From Albugo candida (lineage: Eukaryota), in assembly GCA_040437565.1 (NCBI GenBank), contig JBDOQK010000020.1, positions 124,001 through 188,000 of the forward strand: 64,000 bases of DNA, read 5' to 3'. The position numbers and the translations under genes were made by a program. The notes beneath the pieces are model-generated. The model was not told the DNA's origin. It did no database searches and saw nothing but the letters and a program-made list of their open reading frames with translations. Shown here in pieces: positions 36,604-48,569 of the stretch; within the stretch, counting starts at the first letter, position 1; each line of letters starts with the position of its first letter.

Positions 36604-37650
36604 ATGCACGTAGAACTACTTGATGAGCAAACGAAGGAACAAAAGCGCTTCTTTTTCTGGCAAGTAGGCAAGCGAGTGTGGATCACCTCGTTGATTGCCA
36701 GCATTTTGCTGCTTCTCTTGTTGATCGTGTTGCTTCTCATTTTCGTCGTTGGTCGAGCAATTGCACAGAGCGCTGCGGACAACGTCCACGTCACACTCAA
36801 CTATGTGGATATCGTCGGTCCGCCAGCCACAGCCGATGGACGAAGCCTCCAAGTTGAATTAAGTGTGCATACTAGCTATCATGCACGCGCAGACAGCGAC
36901 ATTAAAAAAACAAATGCGAAATTGAGCTTCCAGGATTCTGATATTGGGATTGCAAGTCTCCCAGCTAGAAAACTGAAGAAAGGAGTCCAGGACTATGATA
37001 TAATTATTGAGACCAGCATGGACGTGACAAATGTCGCGGGGTTAGCTAGTATGAGCTCAGAATTGATCAACCGGAAAGAAATATTCGTCACCGGTGACGC
37101 AGATCTCGATGTAAAAGCATGGGGCATACGTTATCCAGGAATCGACTTTCGTCGTACTTTTCGAGTCGCGGGTATGAATGAGAATCGTGAGCCTCCACCA
37201 AAAGTGAACAGTATTGTGTTGGAGGAATGCAAATCAGGTGGATATACTTTTGAGATCAATGCGACGATCGATAATGTTTCTCAGCTCGGTTTACGCAATA
37301 TTGGAGTCCTCAATATGAGTGTGTATTATGAGACTGAAAATGTCGGATACGCATTGTCGAAGCTGCCCAGGCTCGGTCTTCCGCGAGGGAAAAGCAATCA
37401 ATCTTTCCAAATGATAATGCCCGACACATTTTCAAGCAAAAGAACGTTTTTGAAAATGATGAGAGGAATTATGTCACATCATGCTCAGTTCTACATTGTT
37501 GGTAAAAATCCATTTGTTTCAACGACGATGCTTTTGCGTGAAGCACTCCAGGATTTCAATCTAAGTGTATTACACACAGACGGTATGGATAATGTTCGTA
37601 TCAATCCCCAGTGCACTTTGGTTTCCTTGCTCGGTAGACTCTTTGATTGA
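36604..37650 (+). CDS. Type II membrane protein, DUF3712/LEA_2-like (paralog 2)
   Basis: Same architecture and conserved blocks as 35335-36357. Intronless, 348 aa. Confidence 0.75.
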   Translation: MHVELLDEQTKEQKRFFFWQVGKRVWITSLIASILLLLLLIVLLLIFVVGRAIAQSAADNVHVTLNYVDIVGPPATADGRSLQVELSVHTSYHARADSDIKKTNAKLSFQDSDIGIASLPARKLKKGVQDYDIIIETSMDVTNVAGLASMSSELINRKEIFVTGDADLDVKAWGIRYPGIDFRRTFRVAGMNENREPPPKVNSIVLEECKSGGYTFEINATIDNVSQLGLRNIGVLNMSVYYETENVGYALSKLPRLGLPRGKSNQSFQMIMPDTFSSKRTFLKMMRGIMSHHAQFYIVGKNPFVSTTMLLREALQDFNLSVLHTDGMDNVRINPQCTLVSLLGRLFD

Positions 37651-37755
37651 TACAATACCAAGTGACATCTAAACTCGAGCGCGTATTTTTAATCTGTTGG
37701 AATGTAACGCCGTATTTTCATTTTGTAATATCCGACGTTTAGTCTCTTAGTGCAC

Positions 37756-40095
37756 ATGTTTGGTAAGCGAGAAAAGGCTTCTGACATCACTCGACCCACG
37801 TCTCCTACACAATCGGAATCCCACATAAGCAGGACGGAATACTCCAAGAAAGATTTGACACACAATACTGAGAACGGGTACGGAGACGATCTCGAGTCAA
37901 ATAAAAGCAGGCAGGATCGACTTGATAAACGTGTACCTCACAAATCTTTCACCAAAGCTGAAGCTTTAAGTCCACGTTCATCTGTCTGGTCTTCATGCTT
38001 GCAAGTTGTCTCCATCGCTATAACCGCTTTATTTCTCACCATTAAAGAATCCAATTATTACACTAAAACAGTCGCAGAGAACGCCGATAAACGCACCGCA
38101 AAGCTCTTGTATGTTCAAATATTGGAAAAGGTACAACGCGAGCGTGGAGAATGGCGAGGATTTCAGACTGAAGTATCACGACGTAAGAGTATACATGAGC
38201 GAGATAGTGAGAAGGGATCCGAAGTTCTCCTCCAAGCGATTCAAAAATATATGATGGAAGAGCGGATAAAAGTTCTCAATGAGGTCGTAGAAGTAAGTTT
38301 TCGGAATCTCCGTGGACCTCTTGTGCCTTCGACCATTTACACGCACTATAAGAAGCAAATCGCGTTGTTTGATTCAGCTTTTCCCGCTTCCATGGATCTC
38401 CTTCTGGTGATTCGGGCATTACTCAGCGAAGTGAGCATGGAGACAAAATACTGTTTGCTTCGCTTGTTGTGTTTACTGAATGCATGTGCTGCATTAAACA
38501 CCCAATCAAGTCTGTACCGAATTCTTCAAGAATCGCCAATTCTCGTATTCACTGACGTGGTCGAAGAAGATTTCATGGTATGTTGATAGTAATGATCATT
38601 TTGATGGATTGACTGACTTTATATGCGATGCGTAGGCCGCCCGGGCAATGGCTCGGCACGAAAGTGTCGCACTGGGATTGATGAAAACAATGACGTATTA
38701 TAGCGACGTACTCTTCAGCGACATTGAGGTTTTCTCACCCTATGAGCATGCTTCTTCTGTGGCTCTGAATTCATTTATCTTGTAGTATCATCAAATACGG
38801 AATGAAATGGAGCTTTCCACGAGTCATTACAGCATGGGTTCAGAGAAGATAGTCACACTTAACGATAGAAATTTTGTTGGAGATGTGGACGACACTCCTA
38901 CCATGGAACCGCGAAGGAAATCCACAGCGCAATATAATCGCCCAATGATCATCCCAAAGGTCCGATCCACTGTGAGCGAGTCAGAATTTGATCTTTCGCG
39001 CAAGTCATCAACACATTTGATGAGCAAACGTTCGTCCCCATCATCATGTTACCCTGAAAGTGATAAGAACGCCAGAGAAATCACGGAGCATGAGACTCTT
39101 CTTAGTCGGTGGGAGCGAGCAGGGCTTGAGCTGAACTTGCATCGGAGTGAAAGAGAAGATAGAGACAAGCAATTGGATGCCTACTCGAGTGATTCGATGG
39201 AGTCCACACGAAGTAGACGGTCGATCCGATCCGATAGTATGAGAAGGAGATCTCGCAAATGTTCGATTCGACCGATCCGCTTTCGTCGTACCGGTCGAAT
39301 CGAACATTTGCGAGATCTCCTTCTCATACTATCGGATCGGATCGANNNNNNNNNNNNNNNNNNNNNNNNNNNNNNNNNNNNNNNNNNNNNNNNNNNNNNN
39401 NNNNNNNNNNNNNNNNNNNNNNNNNNNNNNNNNNNNNNNNNNNNNAAATGGAGCTTTCCACGAGTCATTACAGCATGGGTTCAGAGAAGATAGTCACACT
39501 TAACGATAGAAATTTTGTTGGAGATGTGGACGACACTCCTACCATGGAACCGCGAAGGAAATCCACAGCGCAATATAATCGCCCAATGATCATCCCAAAG
39601 GTCCGATCCACTGTGAGCGAGTCAGAATTTGATCTTTCGCGCAAGTCATCAACACATTTGATGAGCAAACGTTCGTCCCCATCATCATGTTACCCTGAAA
39701 GTGATAAGAACGCCAGAGAAATCACGGAGCATGAGACTCTTCTTAGTCGGTGGGAGCGAGCAGGGCTTGAGCTGAACTTGCATCGGAGTGAAAGAGAAGA
39801 TAGAGACAAGCAATTGGATGCCTACTCGAGTGATTCGATGGAGTCCACACGAAGTAGACGGTCGATCCGATCCGATAGTATGAGAAGGAGATCTCGCAAA
39901 TGTTCGATTCGACCGGTACGACGAAAGCGGATCGGTGCTAGAGTTCAGGTGGCAAGTTCTCGTGCGATCGAACGGGAAGATCGGGGTTCGAGAGGACACG
40001 ATGCGCTGACGACTTCGCACATCAGTTTTTCTATCGCTGCAGCAACTCTTTGTACTATGGCAACCATGATTTTCTTTGCATGGAAAAAACAGTGA
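37756..40095 (+). CDS. Degenerate RhoGAP-like protein with disordered tail and C-terminal TM anchor, spliced
   Basis: SFRNLRGPLVPSTIY...IRALLSEVSMETKYCLLRLLCLL resembles RhoGAP helices. Short introns at ~38578-38634 and ~38730-38785. Ends ISFSIAAATLCTMATMIFFAWKKQ*. 38805-39274 is a gap-overlap duplicate. Confidence 0.55.
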
Positions 40096-41546
40096 TGTAT
40101 TGTATTCGAATTGGTGCAGGTGATTAAATGAAAACAATCAAACTGATGGGACTGCAATATGTTTGTGCTCTCGCTTTACTATGTCTAAATGCTGTAATAC
40201 ATTTTAGAAAAGTACCTTCTGTAGGTTTGCGTTCATGTTAAAGAAACTTCCATAGATTTTACTTGTGCATTCTTGACAGCCTGACCATGTCAACATATTC
40301 CAACTACGGGATGATCTACTTTATGCAATTGATATCATATTCTTGACTTGGTAGGGAGCCATTCCTGGTAAGTGAAGGATTTGCTTGGGTATTTGGTCCA
40401 AAATGAAAGGATATAAACGCGCCAAATTTCTGCAGTAATCTTTGTCAAGTATTATTCGCTCATTTAGCGTTATATAAGAAACTCTCAGCCACGACCAGAT
40501 CAGATAGAGCCAGATAATTGTACCGTACAAAAGTCTCAGTCATCAAAGTGATGAATTCACTTGTATTGCTTCTGATTTGACATGAAATTGCTTTTATCCG
40601 TCAATCACTAATTTTTGTTGCTCGTCAGTGATTGAAACAACGTCTGCTTTATATTTAGATTTTGTCCTCTACAACTGCGTATGCGCGCAGCCTATGCACC
40701 AACTACGCGTGGTCCATCACATCAATCCGACTGTGATTTGCTGCCCATCGTCTCGATGAATTTTATCGCGTGAGGTCATCCGACATCATCACTTTGTCGC
40801 TCGTGAAACAGTTGGGGGTTGATGCACTGAATTTATCAGAGACAGGTAAAACGTGCAAACGACACGTCTCATATTGTGTTTTCAAGCAGTCACTGGCTTT
40901 GGATATAAAGTATGATGGAATATATGCGAAGCAACGCCTAAGCTAGCTTATTTGTGTCGCATGTTTGTATCACTCTGCGACCTGATTATTGTAGAATGTG
41001 GTCAAGAAACAGAAGCCAATGTACTCAGCATATTGACTGGTCGGCGTTGCTCAAGTTTCAGATGATATTAGTCACAGAGAACAGTAATGGTCGCAGTAAA
41101 ACGGACGCAGGTTGGACGACCTACGAAACTCGCATGCAGGGAAGGATGATCAAAGCTTGCTTTTGTAGCATAGATATTCATATTGCATCAACACGAGCAG
41201 TCTACATGTTGCAAAATGACACTAGCAATGAGATAGTGGTAGCTAGAACTGAATCATGCTTGCTTCAGCTGTCGGCAGTCTTTTTTAAAAGCTTCTAAAA
41301 CATCCGATGGAAACTCAAAAACGATATAAAAATAATATGCCGTATACTTGCTGTCCTATTACATCCGCATTACATCCTCACCCATCTGTTGAGGCAATAT
41401 ACGACGTGATCGAATAACAGAAGAGGAGTATGAAGGTTCACAACGTNNNNNNNNNNNNNNNNNNNNNNNNNNNNNNNNNNNNNNNNNNNNNNNNNNNNNN
41501 NNNNNNNNNNNNNNNNNNNNNNNNNNNNNNNNNNNNNNNNNNNNNN

Positions 41547-42709
41547 ACCATGTCAACATATTCCAACTACGGGATGATCTACTTTATGCAATTGATATCA
41601 TATTCTTGACTTGGTAGGGAGCCATTCCTGGTAAGTGAAGGATTTGCTTGGGTATTTGGTCCAAAATGAAAGGATATAAACGCGCCAAATTTCTGCAGTA
41701 ATCTTTGTCAAGTATTATTCGCTCATTTAGCGTTATATAAGAAACTCTCAGCCACGACCAGATCAGATAGAGCCAGATAATTGTACCGTACAAAAGTCTC
41801 AGTCATCAAAGTGATGAATTCACTTGTATTGCTTCTGATTTGACATGAAATTGCTTTTATCCGTCAATCACTAATTTTTGTTGCTCGTCAGTGATTGAAA
41901 CAACGTCTGCTTTATATTTAGATTTTGTCCTCTACAACTGCGTATGCGCGCAGCCTATGCACCAACTACGCGTGGTCCATCACATCAATCCGACTGTGAT
42001 TTGCTGCCCATCGTCTCGATGAATTTTATCGCGTGAGGTCATCCGACATCATCACTTTGTCGCTCGTGAAACAGTTGGGGGTTGATGCACTGAATTTATC
42101 AGAGACAGGTAAAACGTGCAAACGACACGTCTCATATTGTGTTTTCAAGCAGTCACTGGCTTTGGATATAAAGTATGATGGAATATATGCGAAGCAACGC
42201 CTAAGCTAGCTTATTTGTGTCGCATGTTTGTATCACTCTGCGACCTGATTATTGTAGAATGTGGTCAAGAAACAGAAGCCAATGTACTCAGCATATTGAC
42301 TGGTCGGCGTTGCTCAAGTTTCAGATGATATTAGTCACAGAGAACAGTAATGGTCGCAGTAAAACGGACGCAGGTTGGACGACCTACGAAACTCGCATGC
42401 AGGGAAGGATGATCAAAGCTTGCTTTTGTAGCATAGATATTCATATTGCATCAACACGAGCAGTCTACATGTTGCAAAATGACACTAGCAATGAGATAGT
42501 GGTAGCTAGAACTGAATCATGCTTGCTTCAGCTGTCGGCAGTCTTTTTTAAAAGCTTCTAAAACATCCGATGGAAACTCAAAAACGATATAAAAATAATA
42601 TGCCGTATACTTGCTGTCCTATTACATCCGCATTACATCCTCACCCATCTGTTGAGGCAATATACGACGTGATCGAATAACAGAAGAGGAGTATGAAGGT
42701 TCACAACGT
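41547..42709 (+). repeat. Gap-flanking duplicate of 40284-41446; probable assembly overlap
   Basis: Offset 1263 bp, identical ORF translations, abuts the gap at 41447-41546. Confidence 0.9.
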
Positions 42710-43079
42710 CTGACACGTTAGAAAAATACGCCAAAGTTGTCCAGCTGACTAAATAAATACTATTTCTTCTGATCCAAAGTGAGTGACCGACTGCGGCATA
42801 GAATGCATTCAGTAAAAATAGCATGCGACATGCAACAAGCAAGAGAAGGAAACAAGTGAGATTTGCTAGAAAGTGGGATTTTCTTCAAGCCATCATTGAA
42901 AGCTCTATGCATAAATAATTAGAAGAAAGCAATGTTTTAGACGCCTATCCCTCACTGGACTGGACCACTTCTGCACTTCAATCTTATTCCTATTTACCCA
43001 CGTCGTAAACAATTCTCCTGACCATATTCATTCTTAAAATTAATTCATTCAGCAAGCATTGTGAGGAGTTGCGCTAATT

Positions 43080-45257
43080 ATGTCGCAATCTTCCCGGTCA
43101 GCTCTACTTTTGTGCCTTTTATTTTTCGTCATATTATCGTTTGTACGACCACAAAATTTGACCAATGTGTGTACAAATGCATTATTTACAGCACAGCCTC
43201 AGAATCAAATAGGAACTAGTCCAATACGCATCCGATCTCTGACGCAAGACTCTGACATCTGCATTGAAATCTCATTCCGTCTATCTGAAGCTAGTCGAGA
43301 TGTTGGATGGTTCGCAATCGGTCTGTCTCGTTCAGGAGGAATGGTTAGCTCGCCTCCAGCTAATGTTATGATGTATCAGACAAGCTCAGGACGAGTCGAA
43401 TCGTACGTGATCTCTTCCCATTCTTCATCAGGAGTGATTCCCGAAAGCGATGACAACGTCTTTGCGCTCCAATCTGTGTCAAGTACAACTGACGAGATTC
43501 GTTATCGATATCAGCGGAGTCTACAGGCGAGCAAAACGTCTTCTGTCGCGATTCAAGATGGTGATAACAAGCTAATTTGGGCGTACGATACGACATTGGA
43601 CATTAGTGGACATAGTGCCGGTACTTATGGTACTGCTTCTTACAATTTTGCATCGGGTGCCACGAGTACCATTTCAAATGCATCAATGGATGGTTATTGC
43701 GGGAATAGGAATTGTTCAGCGATATTTGGCGGTGCGGTTTTTGCGGTGATACTTGTGCTAGCGCTCGTTTTACGATCGGTGAAAAATACCGCTACAGGCA
43801 GATTGTTTGTGCACGAATCTATCATACAACCTCCAAAGGTGGTGAGCAACAAGAGCATTCAAAAACCACACATTTCATTGTGGCAAAGCGCTGCAAATTT
43901 ATGCTATGCAGAAGTGGTTGTTCTTATCCTCGTTATCGCAACAGCCGGTGCTCTTATCGCCTCGTTTTCTGGGAACACACTACTTATCACGGGGCAATTG
44001 GCGGTATTTCTTGTGATGTTTCTGTTACTTCCTGTGGCCCGTATACCTCTTTGGAATTTCGTATTTGGAACATCGTTCGAGCGTATGATCAAATTTCATC
44101 GCTGGTTAGGAATCTCATTGCTTCCAATCATCATTATACACCTCGTCAAAGCTGTTGATCGCCTCGATGACATTTTCTCAACTGAAAAGTTTGGTGAGGT
44201 CGTCCCGTTGTATGGATTCATCGCATTTTGTGCTCTCGTATCAATGTCTTTACTGGCAATTGAACCCATTCGACGATATCTGTATGAGTTGTTTTATTTT
44301 TCTCATCGTATTCTCGGAGTTGTGGCTTTAGTATTTATGATACTCCACTCCCCAAAATTCATTGGGGTCGCGCTTGTCGTTCCGATCGTGCTGTATGTGG
44401 CTGGACTTTTACTTCGATGGTATTCGTGTCTGTACAACAAATATCGAGCTTCCGTGTCTGCACATGAATCATCTGGAACGACCACCATCATGTTGGAAAA
44501 GTGTCCGAAGACCGCAAAAATTGCTTCTGGGATGGAGCCAGGTTCTTATTTTTGGGTACATATTCCAGCAGTATCAGCGGTCGAATGGCATCCATTCTCT
44601 GCAATTGTTGTCCCAGAAGCCACCACGATCGGATTCTGTGTGAAAGCACAAGTGAAAAGCGGCGCTTTCACGAGCAAATTGCAAAGACTTGTTCAAAAAG
44701 AAGGAGTGCTCTCCGTTCGCTTATGTGGGCCATATGGTAATCCAACCGTGAATGTGAACAATTACAAGACTACCATCTTGGTCGCTGGAGGAGTCGGAAT
44801 CACGCCACTGCTCAGTTTAATCAATCAGACAATGCATTTGAACGGGCAGAGTGGTGGTGATAAGATTTCGCAAGTACACGAATTGATTCTAGTTTGGTCA
44901 GTACGAAATACTCAAGATTTACTGATGGTAGACGCGTTCCTGCCAGTGACAACCGCTGCGCCAATTGGCTCTATTCAGCAAGATACCAATGTGCCACAAA
45001 GTGGGTCTCTAATCAACGTGTCTTACAACTTTTATGTCTCGACCGCGAACACTGATGGAGTAGTGACGCGATCGAATTGCGAATTGCTGACCTTCCGCCC
45101 GGGCCGACCTATTTTGGATGAATACATCAATACTTCTCGATTTGTGGATGGAAATGTTGCCGTAATGGCTTGTGGACCACCAACTCTGATTGCCGAAGCT
45201 CAGCTACTCTCAAGAAGTTGTGATTTTCCTTTTCATCAAGAAACGTTCTCCTGGTAG
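43080..45257 (+). CDS. DOMON-domain ferric reductase (signal peptide, DOMON, ferric-reductase TM, FAD-binding, NAD(P)H-binding)
   Basis: GWFAIGLS..GGMV (DOMON), heme His in FHRWLG..IIIIH and FYFSHR..MILH, EWHPFS, GPYG, LVAGGVGITP, ACGP, FHQETF. Confidence 0.9.
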   Translation: MSQSSRSALLLCLLFFVILSFVRPQNLTNVCTNALFTAQPQNQIGTSPIRIRSLTQDSDICIEISFRLSEASRDVGWFAIGLSRSGGMVSSPPANVMMYQTSSGRVESYVISSHSSSGVIPESDDNVFALQSVSSTTDEIRYRYQRSLQASKTSSVAIQDGDNKLIWAYDTTLDISGHSAGTYGTASYNFASGATSTISNASMDGYCGNRNCSAIFGGAVFAVILVLALVLRSVKNTATGRLFVHESIIQPPKVVSNKSIQKPHISLWQSAANLCYAEVVVLILVIATAGALIASFSGNTLLITGQLAVFLVMFLLLPVARIPLWNFVFGTSFERMIKFHRWLGISLLPIIIIHLVKAVDRLDDIFSTEKFGEVVPLYGFIAFCALVSMSLLAIEPIRRYLYELFYFSHRILGVVALVFMILHSPKFIGVALVVPIVLYVAGLLLRWYSCLYNKYRASVSAHESSGTTTIMLEKCPKTAKIASGMEPGSYFWVHIPAVSAVEWHPFSAIVVPEATTIGFCVKAQVKSGAFTSKLQRLVQKEGVLSVRLCGPYGNPTVNVNNYKTTILVAGGVGITPLLSLINQTMHLNGQSGGDKISQVHELILVWSVRNTQDLLMVDAFLPVTTAAPIGSIQQDTNVPQSGSLINVSYNFYVSTANTDGVVTRSNCELLTFRPGRPILDEYINTSRFVDGNVAVMACGPPTLIAEAQLLSRSCDFPFHQETFSW

Positions 45258-46035
45258 CCAAATCTTGGGTGTATGCATTCAGAAACAGTCGAGTGTCTGG
45301 TTTCTACGTTGATAGTGTAGGTACATTGCATTTGTCACTTTTTCGAAACACATCTAAACAGTAGAATCCACCCATGAAAGATAGTAAGTTNNNNNNNNNN
45401 NNNNNNNNNNNNNNNNNNNNNNNNNNNNNNNNNNNNNNNNNNNNNNNNNNNNNNNNNNNNNNNNNNNNNNNNNNNNNNNNNNNNNNNNNNTAGAATCCAC
45501 CCATGAAAGATAGTAAGTTTGTAAAGGCTATAAAATATAGAAAGATGTGATTCTACAGGTCTGTAACCGAGCCGGCGTCTCTAACCGCACCTGGATTGTG
45601 GTCGGAGGTGGCCAACATTTGAGTGGTTACCAATCAGATTGCATAATCACTGACCAAAAAAGCATTTCCTTACGAGCGCGTAACGTCAACCGAATTCGCG
45701 CTTTGAGAGTTTCAGCTTTGAGATATTTTTGAACGAGTGCGTCGCAACACATCAAACAAGGTTTCTTAGACGAATAGTGTTTTTGCGTCCTGAGAGTGTT
45801 GCTGTGTATGCGTTTATATCATTCCAATACAAGATTTTGCATTCAGCTGGACACGAGTGATTCAACTTGGAAACGGAAAAAGTGTCTTTTGTACCAACGA
45901 AACTCGTGACTTGAAAGATTTGAAATTAGTCACATTTCAGCCAAATTCATCCGACTGTGATCTCATTACGCTTTAGTTACCAAACTGTAAACATATTTCC
46001 AAACATCCCCATTTTGGTACTCGAATTGATCCAAA

Positions 46036-47377
46036 ATGTCGACTATGAATATTGCCGGAACACAACCTGTTGAGGATCCAGAATATCGGTACAAAATGCC
46101 ACGTCTGATCACTAAAATTGAAGGAAGAGGAAATGGGATTAAAACTTTGGTGGTTAATTGTCACGATGTCGCGACTTCATTGCATCGTTCCACCGCCGAA
46201 GTTTGTAAATTCTTTGGGTACGTGGTATTCGATAAAATTTGTTGAAGCTGATGGGTAACGTGTATTTATTTTTATTTCTCATAGCACGGAACTTGGCGCG
46301 CAATCGAAGTACGATGATAAGACAGATCGAGCTATTGTCAATGGAGCCTTTGAAGTTGGAATGATGCAGACGCATTTGTCAAAGTATATTGAAAGCTTCG
46401 TGCTATGCCCGGGCTGTCGTCTACCAGAATCGAAGTATAAGTTCAAAGGTCAAACGATTTTTCACAAATGTTACGCATGCGGAGCCGTAGAACCAGTGGA
46501 CATGAATCACAAGTTGACAACCTTTATATTGAAAGAGCATACGGCGGCGAAACGAGCTGGCAAAAAGACGGACAAGGATGACAAGAAGAAGAAGAAAAAA
46601 GAGCGTAAAGAGAAAACTATTGATGGACCGGAAAAAGATGGAAATGCCTCACCAAAGGATAAAAAAGACAAGAAAGATAAAAAGAAAAAAAAGAGTGAGA
46701 AAGAAAAAAGTGCCGAAGAAGTCGAATGGCATACAGACTTGTCTCCCGAAGCAGTCGCAGCTCGTGCTGCAGAAGCTGAGGCGATTGAAGCGGGCGCTCG
46801 TGCTGCTATGGTGAATGGCAATCATGGTAATGGAGAAAACGAGCTTGTTGCCACATTAGATAATTTACAAGTGGATGATGAGGATGCCCTCGAGCTTGCG
46901 ACCACAAAATTATCGATGTTTATGGAACCAGAGCCCACAACCGACGCGATTTATGAGGAATTGTGTCGTCTGCAAACGAATGCCGCGCTCTCAGTCTCTG
47001 ATCGTCTTGTAATTTTCTTTCGCGCGGCATTTGATGATCAATTTGTTGCCAAAAATCGAGTTTCGAAAAGCGTCCCTATTCTGCGCAAGCTTGTTACGTC
47101 ACAACATGATCAGTATCGTCTCATCGCTTTGTGTGAACACATGTGCGCCGTTCAGTATCCCGGAATCATCTTTCAGTTCCCTGTACTTCTCAAACTCCTA
47201 TACGATGATGATTTGATCGATGAAGAATGTCTCTTCGGATGGGTCAAAAATGAGATTCGCAAGCAGTATGCCGATCCAATCGTGTCTGATAACAGTTATG
47301 CCAAATTGAAGCAACATTTGCAAGTATTCACCGACTGGCTGGAAAATGCGGAAGAGGAGACGGATGATGACGATTGA
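46036..47377 (+). CDS. EIF5: Eukaryotic translation initiation factor 5; intron 46218-46284
   Basis: DPEYRYKMP..KIEGRGNGIKT, KFFG/TELGAQ, FVLCPGCRLPE..CYACG zinc finger, W2 domain with LYDDDLIDEE and WLENAEEE. Confidence 0.96.
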
Positions 47378-48569
47378 TCTAGCTTTTTTCTTTTCTAGGA
47401 GATGACTTATGAAGCACCCTTTTTCATCGATTTATTGACGTTGACTCGCATTACTAAAAGCATTGTAGCAGCTGCTGCTGATGCACAGGTGTTTTGTTGC
47501 GTCCCCATTGAGAAAATATCAGTTCCCACCTGGTAGTGAGATCAGTGAGGATATGATCGCATCGATTTGTGTCACAAAATTCGACACGAGATTATAGGTG
47601 CCACAGCTGAACTTGTTACGAGAGAAGCTATGTCATGATTCCGCATCTCTTCGCATATTTGGACCATGCAAAGGAATGAGCTAGACTTGGATTTACTTTG
47701 ATGCTATTCTGGATTGTAGATGACGGATTTCAAAGTATTATTTTACCCTGGCGTGACAAGCAATTAACAAAAATTCCGCGCTCCTGCGTGTGTCGCTGTA
47801 TGAATGTTGCACCAAAACCACGGCCGAGATATTTCTTGTGTTCATGTGTTGCCGTGACAATCATCTCTACTACCATTTTAAAACCAACATCTAGCATTTT
47901 ACGGCAGCATCAATGTCATGATACCATGAGTTTGAATATGCGGAGAAGAACGAATTAATCAAGTACTCATCTCGAGTATTCAAAAGACTTGCCTTATACT
48001 TTTCTAACAAGTGAGGGTAAACGTTGAACTCCCTGATTGCCTAATGGTGGAGACGATTTCAAATAAAACGAGACCGAGGTGGAAGTTAAGCCTAGTTATT
48101 CGAGCTAGATGTGTAAGTATTGCTTTTCCAGGCTAGCATCTTCGCAAAGCTTTCACGGGTAGGCTTGTGACAGCTATCTCACTAGGACACCACAGGCTAT
48201 AGCTTGTATGTAGCTTGAAGAAGACGAACTCATCGGATCAGGAAAGCTGGATGAGTATGTAAGTTGTAGTCATTAAAAGGCATTACGAATACATGCTTGA
48301 TAGTTGCTCACGTATCGCTCTTTGAGCACTTGAAGAATATTTTAAGGGTGTGACTATTGCCATAGACGTTTTTACTGATGCCACAGACGAAACATCTCTG
48401 ATTGGCTAATTTGTGTGATTCATCGATCGTTTGCAATATTCCCACACACGTTTTCACTATTGCACATGTCCGATTGGCTAATTTGTGTAAACAAATATGA
48501 TTAATCGATAGGATGCCTATATCACTGGGTCTACCTAAGATTCATTATAGAATTTCTTATTTGATGTTT

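Noticed and set aside
39220-39345. Long perfect inverted repeat (hairpin RNA / miRNA-like)
   Set aside because: 39271-39345 is the exact reverse complement of 39862-39936, joined at an ACCG microhomology at a contig end and absent from the second copy. This is a fold-back chimera artefact.
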